Shown here: positions 56,438 to 64,000 of the stretch, piece after piece
Layout: the number at the start of each line of letters is the position of its first letter
Numbering within the stretch: position 1 is the stretch's first letter
NCBI GenBank assembly: GCA_045532805.1
Contig: JAZSGQ010000037.1
Coordinates: 5,904 to 69,903, forward strand
Length of the DNA: 64,000 nucleotides
Direction of reading: 5' to 3'
Source of the DNA: Eubacteriales bacterium
Lineage (GTDB): Bacteria; Bacillota; Clostridia; Oscillospirales; CAG-272
Notes under the pieces: generated by a model
Seen by the model: only the letters and a program-made list of their open reading frames with translations
Database searches by the model: none
Told to the model about the DNA's origin: nothing
Made by a program: the position numbers and the translations under genes

Positions 56438-57766
56438 ATGAAACAAACATATACCATTCACGAAACGGATTGCCAATGCGGCAGACCGCACAAGGCAAAC
56501 GTCAAGGATACGATCATTCGCAAAGGCGCGATCGCCGAGTTGCCCGCACTCGTCAAGAAATACGGTGCCACGCGCGCATTCGTGATCGCGGACGTCAACA
56601 CCTATCCCATCGCAGGTGATAAGATCTGCTCCCTCTTGGAGGCAAACGGCATTCCCTGCTCCAAGCACGTGTTCCCCGACAAGCGACTGATTCCCAACGA
56701 GCGCACAGTCGGCTCCCTTATGTTGCACTTTGACAACAAGGCGGATATCGTGATCGCCATCGGCTCGGGCGTCATCAACGACACCAGCAAGATCCTGGCC
56801 GCCATTGCCAAGATCCCCTATATCATCGTTGCCTCCGCCGCATATATGGACGGCTATGCCGCAGGCACCTCCTCCATGGAGGTAGACGGCGTAAAGGCCA
56901 CCGTGCAATCCAAATCCCCCGACGCGATCGTGGGCGATATCGACATTCTGAACGGCGCGCCCGTCCACATGGCCAAGGCAGGCCTTGGCGATATGCTGGC
57001 CAAGTACGTCAGCATCTGCGAGTGGCGCTTGTCCAATCTGATCAACGGCGAATACTACTGCGAGGACGTAGCGGAATTCACGCGCACCACGTTGCGCAAC
57101 TGCGTGAACAACGCAAGCGGTCTGCTCCAAAAGGACGAGAACGCTATGAAAGCACTGTTCGGCGGCCTTGTGGATTGCGGCACGGCCATGGACTATGCGG
57201 GTTGCTCCAGACCCGGCGGCGGCATCGAGCATTACTTCTCTCACCTCTGGGATATGAGAGGCATCGAGTTTGGCACGCCCACCTCCTCTCACGGTATGCA
57301 GGTCACGATCGGCACGCTCTACACCATCAAGTTGTTCCACGCTCTCAAGAAGATCACCCCCAACAAGGAAAAAGCACTGGCCTGGGCGCGTGCATTCGAC
57401 TTTGCGGATTGGAGCAACAAACTGACGGCATTTGTCGGCAAGGGCGCGGACACCATGATCAAACTGGAGGCCAAGGAGCGCAAATACGACCTTGAAAAGC
57501 ATAGCCGCCGACTGGATGTGATCTTGGAGAAGTGGGATGAGATCCTGCAGATCATCGACGAGGAGATTCCCTCCATGGAGGCGTTCGAGGACATTTTGAA
57601 CACCATCGAGGGCCCCAAGTCGATTGAGGACATCGGCCTTGACAAGAGCGTTTTGCCCATGACCTTTATGGCCACCAAGGATATCCGCGACAAGTACATT
57701 CTGTCCCGTCTTGCATGGGACCTCGGTGTTCTGGAAGAGTTGGCAGACACACTCGTACAGGACTGA
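56438..57766 (+). CDS. iron-containing alcohol dehydrogenase fold, sn-glycerol-1-phosphate dehydrogenase-like
   Basis: IGSGVINDTSK NAD motif and GLGDMLAKY; 442 aa from ATG 56438 behind AAGGAGGA. Confidence 0.65.
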   Translation: MKQTYTIHETDCQCGRPHKANVKDTIIRKGAIAELPALVKKYGATRAFVIADVNTYPIAGDKICSLLEANGIPCSKHVFPDKRLIPNERTVGSLMLHFDNKADIVIAIGSGVINDTSKILAAIAKIPYIIVASAAYMDGYAAGTSSMEVDGVKATVQSKSPDAIVGDIDILNGAPVHMAKAGLGDMLAKYVSICEWRLSNLINGEYYCEDVAEFTRTTLRNCVNNASGLLQKDENAMKALFGGLVDCGTAMDYAGCSRPGGGIEHYFSHLWDMRGIEFGTPTSSHGMQVTIGTLYTIKLFHALKKITPNKEKALAWARAFDFADWSNKLTAFVGKGADTMIKLEAKERKYDLEKHSRRLDVILEKWDEILQIIDEEIPSMEAFEDILNTIEGPKSIEDIGLDKSVLPMTFMATKDIRDKYILSRLAWDLGVLEELADTLVQD

Positions 57767-57818
57767 TGTACATAAACAAAACCGACCAAACGGCGTGCCG
57801 TTTGGTCGGTTTTGTTTT

Positions 57819-59834
57819 TTATTCGCAGAACACCGTGCCCTGCGTCCAGGCGTCCATCGTGGGGATCTCAACGATGTAATCGTCACCCTCAAGGCGTGCG
57901 GTCAACTCCTGCGTCGGCAGGTACTGCGACACGAACACGAAGCGCTCCCCCTTCGGGTTATGGATCTTCAAGCGCGCATCCTCGCACTTGCCGATCTCGG
58001 CGTTGGTCACGCTCACGCAGACGAGTTTGCCCTCGGTGTCCACACGCTCGTGGAGCAAAAGTTGATGCGCACCAAGCGAGCGTGCAGGGATCTTCTCCTT
58101 GCCGATATAGTCCATCACGCGCAGAAAATAGTCGCGGCGCGCGCGGGAGATGATGCCCTTGAAGGGCTGATAGCCGTTGATGTGCCACTTGCCGCCTTCC
58201 TTGGTGGAAAGGATCAGTTCGGCAATACCAAAAGGCGCGTTTTTATCACCCGTATAGGGGGATATCTCCCGATCGCAGGTGTAAACACCAAGGATCTCGA
58301 CCTTGCCCGAGGTCACCTCCAAGTAACAGCACGCCTTGCGTCCCTTGGCAAAAAAGGAGTTCTTCCAATACGCTTCGCCACGGTTCAAGGGGTGGTCGGT
58401 ATAGCGCTCGTAAAGCGGAAGGGTGGCAAACGCGTCAAGCAGCGTGGCCTTCACTCCGATATCCACGCCGCGGCGCATCAGCTCCAGCACCGTCTCGCCG
58501 TCCGTGCTCACCCGTTGTGTCAGCAAGTATGCAACGTCCTCGTCGCTCATCTGCTTCGCCTGTTCGGGGTGGAGAACGTAGACGTTGGCGGCCTTGTCGT
58601 CATAGATGATGGGAATGCCCACGCGCGGAAAGGCATCTAGATGATACATATCGTCCGAGGCCAGCGCACTCATGCCCTCATTCGGCGCAAGATCGCGCAA
58701 TGCGCGTTTACGGCTCACAAAGCAGGCAAGACCAGCAGGGCGCGTCACGCGGTTGGCGGCAGAGAGTTTCTCCCAGTAAGGGCGCTGTTCGGCGAGCAGC
58801 TTCATAAACTTTTCATAATGTTCGATCGGCTCTGCCGTGGTGGACTTCAGCATCGAATAACTCATGCTCGTTGCACCCACCGCAAAGTAGTAAGAGGTTT
58901 CCAGCGCCATACCTGCCGCCGTTTTACCGAAGGCGTAGTGCGGAATGTTCTCGATCTCGGGCGAGATCTCGGTCACGTATTGGGGCAAGCGCGCGTTCTG
59001 GAATGCCACGTGGATCCCCTTCTGGATAAAGCGATGGGGGTTGTGATCGCTGTACGCGCCGCCACCCGGACGCGACCAAGGTGCCTTGCCCGTCACGCGA
59101 TACATCGGATCAAAGGCATAGTTGTGATCGTCCATCACAAAGGGCTCGGGGATCGCGTGCTGCAGACCGCCCACCGTGTTGGGGGATTTTTCCACGAAGA
59201 GCCGCATCGACTCCTCCATCATCTCGGCCATACCCTCACGCTGGAAGGAAAGATAACGCTCGCGCCAGATCTTATCGCCGTGCAGCATCTCCTCCACCAA
59301 CGACTCGCGCGTGAAGGAAGTACCGTAACGGGCGTTGAAATCGGCGATACAAACGTCGCAGAAGCACCCTTCGTCCGAGGGGCTGTGATTCGTCAGACGG
59401 AAATCGTCGTCAAACCACAGACAGTCGGGACGCACGTCGGCGTAGTAAAGCAGGGTCTCGTTGATGTAATCACGGAACACACGGTCGCGCGGACAGTAAG
59501 AATACATAGAGGATTCCCCATTCGAGCCCACAAACGGACGTACCTGTGTGCCTTCGTGTACAAGCCCCTCACAAGGGTAGGCGCACATATACGCACCGTG
59601 TCCGATGGTGTTTGCCACCTGCAGAGAAACCGATACCCCATTCTCGCGGTACATTTTCGCAGCCGCGATCAGCATTTCGGCATGCTTCTTGTGCTTCTCT
59701 TTGGAAGGATAGCCAACGGCCGTCGTGAGCCATACGTCATCACAACTTTCGGGATATTTGCGGATCAGATCCATCGTAAGATCGATCAGTTCCTGATCTT
59801 TGTAATCGTCCCACAATCTTTGAGAAAGTTTCAT
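57819..59834 (-). CDS. 671-aa hypothetical protein
   Basis: Long uninterrupted ORF with CAGGAGG RBS at ATG 59834; no motif recognised. Confidence 0.4.
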   Translation of the reverse strand: MKLSQRLWDDYKDQELIDLTMDLIRKYPESCDDVWLTTAVGYPSKEKHKKHAEMLIAAAKMYRENGVSVSLQVANTIGHGAYMCAYPCEGLVHEGTQVRPFVGSNGESSMYSYCPRDRVFRDYINETLLYYADVRPDCLWFDDDFRLTNHSPSDEGCFCDVCIADFNARYGTSFTRESLVEEMLHGDKIWRERYLSFQREGMAEMMEESMRLFVEKSPNTVGGLQHAIPEPFVMDDHNYAFDPMYRVTGKAPWSRPGGGAYSDHNPHRFIQKGIHVAFQNARLPQYVTEISPEIENIPHYAFGKTAAGMALETSYYFAVGATSMSYSMLKSTTAEPIEHYEKFMKLLAEQRPYWEKLSAANRVTRPAGLACFVSRKRALRDLAPNEGMSALASDDMYHLDAFPRVGIPIIYDDKAANVYVLHPEQAKQMSDEDVAYLLTQRVSTDGETVLELMRRGVDIGVKATLLDAFATLPLYERYTDHPLNRGEAYWKNSFFAKGRKACCYLEVTSGKVEILGVYTCDREISPYTGDKNAPFGIAELILSTKEGGKWHINGYQPFKGIISRARRDYFLRVMDYIGKEKIPARSLGAHQLLLHERVDTEGKLVCVSVTNAEIGKCEDARLKIHNPKGERFVFVSQYLPTQELTARLEGDDYIVEIPTMDAWTQGTVFCE

Positions 59835-60006
59835 CACATACCTCCTGCGGGTTCTTGGTAGCACCATTATAGCAAAGCACAAAAAGAAAAACAATGCACA
59901 AAAGGACATAAAAAGTTTGATTTTAGACATACCGCGACCCCTCGTCCCTGCCGGCTGATTTTGGCGGATCGCGCGATGAAAAATGCGGCTTTTTTGCTCG
60001 GAGGCA

Positions 60007-60035
60007 TTGACAATCCCTTCCATTTCGTTTATAAT
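60007..60035 (+). promoter_or_regulatory. consensus sigma-A promoter of tRNA-Gly
   Basis: TTGACA - 17 nt - TATAAT, 14 nt upstream of the tRNA 5' end. Confidence 0.6.
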
Positions 60036-60048
60036 AATACTGTTCTTT

Positions 60049-60122
60049 GCAGGCGTAGTCTAGTGGTAAAACCTCAGCTTCCCAAGCTGATGCTGCGGGT
60101 TCGATTCCCGTCGCCTGCTCCA
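60049..60122 (+). tRNA. tRNA-Gly (anticodon CCC)
   Basis: Hand-folded cloverleaf: acceptor GCAGGCG/CGCCTGC, anticodon stem TCAGC/GCTGA with loop TTCCCAA, T-arm GCGGG-TTCGATT-CCCGT, encoded CCA. Confidence 0.85.
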
Positions 60123-60169
60123 AAGAGAAAAGCCCACCGTTTGGTGGGCTTTTCTCTTTGGAGCAGGCG
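60112..60169 (+). terminator. 27-bp perfect palindrome / terminator overlapping the tRNA-Gly 3' end
   Basis: CGCCTGCTCCAAAGAGAAAAGCCCACC-GTTT-GGTGGGCTTTTCTCTTTGGAGCAGGCG. Confidence 0.55.
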
Positions 60170-60380
60170 GCAAAATGCGCCACGGTTTGTGCGCCTTGTC
60201 ACACAATGTCCTCCTTGCTTTTTGACCGCGGACAAACGCGGGGGCGCATTTTGCGAGTAGGGCAACGGGAGCTTGCTCACGGTCGCCGTGAGCAAAAATA
60301 TTCGCCCCGTTACGGGTTGAACCACCCGTCCTCTCTCCAACATTCACTCATTTTTCCCGCGAAACTCATCCCGTCAGGCA

Positions 60381-61196
60381 TCATTCGTCCATCAACAATC
60401 TTGCATACAACGGCAGTGCCGCGCCGTCCGAGGAGGTGAGCGTCACGCTCCCCTGCTCGCTTTTCCCATTCAAAAGATCAGCGGCGGCAAGGCGGCGGAC
60501 GAGTTGTGCCGCCGTGCCCGCCACACCGTCAAAGATCGGCACCCGTTTGCCGACGATCTGCGCGATCTGCTCTCGCACAAAACAAAAATGTGTGCAACCA
60601 AGCACCACCGCGTCGGGCGGCGTCTCGCAAAAGGGCGCGAGCAGGCCGCGCAGATATGTAGCCATACGCACGCCCTTCTCCTCGCCACGCTCCACAAGCC
60701 GCACGATGTCAGGCGCGGGAAGTGGCAAAACGGTGCAGTTTTCGGCGCATTTTTCCAGCAAGTGCGCAAACTTTTCCTCGCGCAACGTCACCTCAGTGGC
60801 CATGACCAGAATGCGCGGGTGTGGGGCGGTGGCAAGTGCGGGACGGAGCGCGGGCTCCATGCCGATCACAGGCACGTCGGGATAGCGCCACCGTAGCGCG
60901 TGCGCCGCCACGGCCGTGGCGGTATTGCACGCCAACACCAGTGCTTTGGCGTGCGTCAGAAGACGCGCCGCGTGCGAAAGCGTGAGTTCGCACACTTCCT
61001 CACTGCTCCGCTCGCCATAAGGCGCGTTGGCGCTATCCCCAAAATAGAGCAGATCCTCGTGCGGCAGTCGCACGTGCAGTTCACGCAAAACAGCAATACC
61101 CCCGGCGCCGGAATCAAAAACGGCGACGGGGGCTTTTCCTCTTCCCTTTTCCCCGATAAGTGGGCAAACGGGTGTGTTTTTCGGTTGTTTTTCCAT
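60381..61196 (-). CDS. murI: glutamate racemase
   Basis: VAVFDSGAGG, LVLACNTA and LGCTHF catalytic-Cys motifs. Confidence 0.85.
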   Translation of the reverse strand: MEKQPKNTPVCPLIGEKGRGKAPVAVFDSGAGGIAVLRELHVRLPHEDLLYFGDSANAPYGERSSEEVCELTLSHAARLLTHAKALVLACNTATAVAAHALRWRYPDVPVIGMEPALRPALATAPHPRILVMATEVTLREEKFAHLLEKCAENCTVLPLPAPDIVRLVERGEEKGVRMATYLRGLLAPFCETPPDAVVLGCTHFCFVREQIAQIVGKRVPIFDGVAGTAAQLVRRLAAADLLNGKSEQGSVTLTSSDGAALPLYARLLMDE

Positions 61197-61199
61197 ACC

Positions 61200-61760
61200 T
61201 CACTCTCCCATCCAACGGTAACCTGCGCCCCGAACAGTGCGGATGCGCGTGCACCCGTCTTCTTCCAGTTTACGGCGCAAGCGGTAAAGATATACCGCCG
61301 CCGCGTTGGATTTTTGCGCAGATTCTCCCAGAATGGTAGAGATCTCTTCGGTTGTAACCGTCCGATGACGGTTGTCGTACAGATAGGTCAGCAATGCCTG
61401 TTCGGTCTTGCTGAAATGCAGGCGTTTTCCTCCCAATCGGAGCGTATCTCCCTCGCGTTGCAAGCCGCGCTCGGTTTGCGGCGCGCATCTCGCCAACACC
61501 GCGTCGAGTTCGCGCGCGGAAAACGGCAGGGGCAAAACGGCATACAGGCCCTCACGGGTCGAGTTTTCCAGTGTTTCGGGGTGCGCGGCAAAGCCGATTT
61601 TCACCGCCGAGGCATGGCGACCCTGTGACACAGGATGGTCCAGATCCACAAGACTCACGTCCGCGTCACCCGCGTCAGTGTGCTCATATCCGCACCGCCC
61701 GGCCTCTAATTGCAACATACGGGCGAGAACCGCATCGGCAGAATATACCGCTACCTTCAT
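61200..61760 (-). CDS. OmpR-type winged-helix regulator with a degenerate receiver domain
   Basis: C-terminal LSKTEQALLTYLYDN....T.EEI........N...VY..RLRRKLE......I.TVRGAGYR; the N-terminal receiver-like fold lacks the DD pair and the conserved Lys. Confidence 0.6.
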   Translation of the reverse strand: MKVAVYSADAVLARMLQLEAGRCGYEHTDAGDADVSLVDLDHPVSQGRHASAVKIGFAAHPETLENSTREGLYAVLPLPFSARELDAVLARCAPQTERGLQREGDTLRLGGKRLHFSKTEQALLTYLYDNRHRTVTTEEISTILGESAQKSNAAAVYLYRLRRKLEEDGCTRIRTVRGAGYRWMGE

Positions 61761-62770
61761 ACATTCTCTGCAAGAAGGTCGTCGAACACGGCCTTGATGC
61801 CCTCCGTTGTGTCTGCCTGCATCAGTGCGCCGCGTGCGGCGGCGGCTCCGCGCAGACCCTTGCAATACCACACCATGTGTTTCCTTGCCTCGGGGATTCC
61901 GACGTGCGCCCCCTTACGTGCCACCATATCGGCGGCGTGGGCGAGCGCCAGTTCCAACCGTTCGGCGGGAGTAGGTGCAATATAATGTTTTTCCTCTAAT
62001 TTCGCCTTGATTTCGGCAAATAACCACGGATTTCCGAGCGTTCCGCGTGCGAGCATCAGGCCGTCACAGCCCGTTTGCTCCAGCATACGCACGGCGTCCT
62101 CGGCAGAGCAAAGATCACCGTTGCCCACTACGGGCACGCTCACCGCGCGCTTGGTCGCGGCAATGATCGCGTTATCACTGGAGGGTGCGTAGAACTGCTG
62201 ACGGGTGCGCCCGTGCACGCAGATCATATCCGCGCCCGCTTGCTCCAGCGCCTTGGCAAACTCGGGGGCGTTGCGCTCCTCATTGGTGAAGCCCGCGCGG
62301 ATCTTGACCGTGACGGGCAGATCCACCGCATCCTTGACCGCACGCACGATCGCGGCGGCAAGCGCGGGATCGCGCATCAGCGCACTTCCCTCGCCGTTGG
62401 CGACCACTTTGTGCACGGGACAACCCATATTGATATCAATCGCGGCGGGGCGCACGGCTTGCTTGGCGCCGCGATACGCGGCGTTTGCGATCAAGCGGGC
62501 GGCCTCGGCCATATAGTCGGGCTCGTGGCCAAAAAGTTGAATGGCCACGGGAGATTCTTTTTCGGTAACGTTGGCCAAGGGCGCGGTACGTAACGGCCCT
62601 TTCCCTCTTTGTTCAAAACAAAGCGCTTTGGCCGACACCATTTCACTCACGGTGTACTCTGCGCCCATCGCGCGGCAGATCTCACGAAAGGACGTGTCTG
62701 CCACACCTGCCATAGGTGCGAGCATCAAGCCGTGTGTCAGTGTCAGCGCGCCGATCCTAATGGGTGCCAT
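61757..62770 (-). CDS. dusB: tRNA-dihydrouridine synthase
   Basis: LAPMAGVAD, INMGCP, HGRT motifs; start at ATG 62770. Confidence 0.85.
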   Translation of the reverse strand: MAPIRIGALTLTHGLMLAPMAGVADTSFREICRAMGAEYTVSEMVSAKALCFEQRGKGPLRTAPLANVTEKESPVAIQLFGHEPDYMAEAARLIANAAYRGAKQAVRPAAIDINMGCPVHKVVANGEGSALMRDPALAAAIVRAVKDAVDLPVTVKIRAGFTNEERNAPEFAKALEQAGADMICVHGRTRQQFYAPSSDNAIIAATKRAVSVPVVGNGDLCSAEDAVRMLEQTGCDGLMLARGTLGNPWLFAEIKAKLEEKHYIAPTPAERLELALAHAADMVARKGAHVGIPEARKHMVWYCKGLRGAAAARGALMQADTTEGIKAVFDDLLAENV

Positions 62771-63414
62771 CAGCCGTTGAACAGACGCATCGTGCGGCAC
62801 GCCTCGGTGTGCACACGTTGGCACAGTTCCTCGGAAAAGCCCATTTGCTTGCCCGGGTCCTCAATTTCTGCCACCTTGATGATACGTTTGCGACCTGTCA
62901 GCGTGTAAAAAACCGTAACAGCCGCCACGTAGGAGCCAAAGGGCGTGGCGTGATTGCCGTCCTCGCGGTACAGATTCTCCGCAGGTTCGGTCAACAGCAT
63001 ACGACCAAACACCTCACCCGCAGGAGCGAAAAAGCACTTGTTTGCACGGCAAAAACTCTGATACACGTCAGTCATAGCGCTCTGCGACGCGCGGTTGTCA
63101 CGGGCGGTCCAGGGCATATACAAATAAAAGGCAGAGCCCACCTTTTCGGCCTGCTCGCGCAGTGCAGCGGCGGCTGTGCGGAAACTTATTTCCTCAAATC
63201 CCGCGGCCTTATCCTGCGCGATCACCGCATCGTAAGCGCCATAGCGAATGTTCAACATCGCATTGGGGGAATTCACGTGAAAGGCCAAGTTCTTGCCACC
63301 TTCGGCAAGCACTGTGATATGCACGCGCTGACCCATCGCCTCGAACAGTTGGCGCACGATCTCGGGCATGGCATTATAGTAGGTGTGGCTATTGCCGATA
63401 AACAACAGTTTCAT
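62770..63414 (-). CDS. SGNH/GDSL-like hydrolase-fold protein
   Basis: MKLLFIGNSHTYYN N-terminus (block I GNS) and late DGNH-type block; function uncertain. Confidence 0.45.
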   Translation of the reverse strand: MKLLFIGNSHTYYNAMPEIVRQLFEAMGQRVHITVLAEGGKNLAFHVNSPNAMLNIRYGAYDAVIAQDKAAGFEEISFRTAAAALREQAEKVGSAFYLYMPWTARDNRASQSAMTDVYQSFCRANKCFFAPAGEVFGRMLLTEPAENLYREDGNHATPFGSYVAAVTVFYTLTGRKRIIKVAEIEDPGKQMGFSEELCQRVHTEACRTMRLFNG

Positions 63415-63646
63415 ACGTTCTCCTTGAGGGGGAATACTACCTCTCTATCTTACCATAAAACGCACCGAAAGTCAAGTATACCATCTTTTCATCGCGCGCT
63501 CCGACGGCACACGGCATTTCCTACCAGGACACGGTATTCCCACCTTTTTTTCTGCTCGCGCACGTCGATTTTGGACGAGCAAATTTTCTTGACCGTCCTT
63601 TTTTATTATGATATGATGAAATCCCATACGGGAAGGAGGAGTAAAA

Positions 63647-64000
63647 ATGAAGGTTTGGAAAATGTTAGCGAGTCTTGCATTGCTTGCCGTGGTGATCTGC
63701 GGATGTGTGATACTGGGGCAAAACATGGAGGTATCGGCAGAGGTGCCCGAGCAGGGCGAGGGCGAGCAGATCACGGAAACACCGCCTGCATCGAACGATC
63801 AGGAGGCAGATGAGGAAAGCGATGAGGATATTCTCATACCCGACAGTAGCACGGTGGTAGAGAAAACGTACAGCACGGGGCTTGCCTTTCGCAGTAACGG
63901 GGACGGCACTTGCGCGGTGGCGGGCGTCGGCACTTGCACGGCGGCGTGTATTCTGATTCCACCCACAAGTCCTGCGGGAGATACGGTGACCGAGATCCTG
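63647..64000 (+). CDS. secreted/lipoprotein-like leucine-rich-repeat (BspA-type) protein, 5' partial (runs off the window)
   Basis: ATG 63647 behind GGAAGGAGGA; signal peptide with LAVVICGC; acidic linker; FRSNGDGTCAVAGVGTCTAACILIPPTSPAGDTVTEI typical of the first BspA-like repeat. Not in the ORF track because no stop is reached. Confidence 0.6.
   Translation, partial: MKVWKMLASLALLAVVICGCVILGQNMEVSAEVPEQGEGEQITETPPASNDQEADEESDEDILIPDSSTVVEKTYSTGLAFRSNGDGTCAVAGVGTCTAACILIPPTSPAGDTVTEIL

Noticed and set aside
1-64000. CRISPR arrays, rRNA genes, IS transposases, reverse transcriptase/retron or DGR components
   Set aside because: No regularly spaced short repeats, no rRNA-like sequence, no DDE/HUH transposase motifs and no YxDD-containing ORF were seen on either strand.

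Overview
High-GC, Gram-positive (Clostridia-like) chromosomal segment. The core genes read clearly: hprK, a galK-like kinase, rlmH, recA-recX, nrdD-nrdG (with tandem NrdR-type boxes), a NUDIX/MFS/GDPD/EamA block, dapA-dapB behind a lysine (L-box) riboswitch, queA, miaA, the yggS-sepF-yggT-ylmH division cluster, ileS, lspA, rluD, two HAD phosphatases, secG, tRNA-Ser(UGA), a sugar-utilisation block (GH20, AraC, GH4, sugar-phosphate isomerase), a pduL/NifU-like/GGGtGRT operon, a tepA-like ClpP-fold gene, DeoR plus a G1P-dehydrogenase-like gene plus a 671-aa unknown, tRNA-Gly(CCC), murI, dusB and a partial LRR surface protein. Two visibly AT-rich accessory segments interrupt this backbone. (i) About 27.26-29.56 kb is a decayed prophage-type remnant abutting tRNA-Ser that retains a MuF-motif/barnase toxin with its barstar. 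(ii) 37.06-52.46 kb is a ~15.4-kb integrative element bounded by a 48-bp perfect direct repeat and inserted in the 3' end of the GGGtGRT gene. It carries a tyrosine integrase, a small serine recombinase and a C-M-R type II restriction-modification operon. It also carries three stand-alone nuclease/NTPase genes: an ABC-ATPase-Toprim fusion, a PD-(D/E)xK plus DUF2075-type helicase, and a PIN-like plus Zn-ribbon protein. The rest is a block of unrecognisable, partly paralogous genes with repeated promoter/operator modules. That element is the best candidate for undescribed biology (defence cargo and an unknown replication/regulation module). Other oddities are an in-frame TAA inside dapB, a split duplicate of the 5' half of tRNA-Ser under its own promoter, stacked decayed copies of the integration target, a poly-A frameshift in an island HTH gene, and a TTGTAGGGG-hairpin repeat family. 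No CRISPR array, rRNA gene or transposase was seen. All calls come from reading the sequence and ORF translations by eye; no searches were run.
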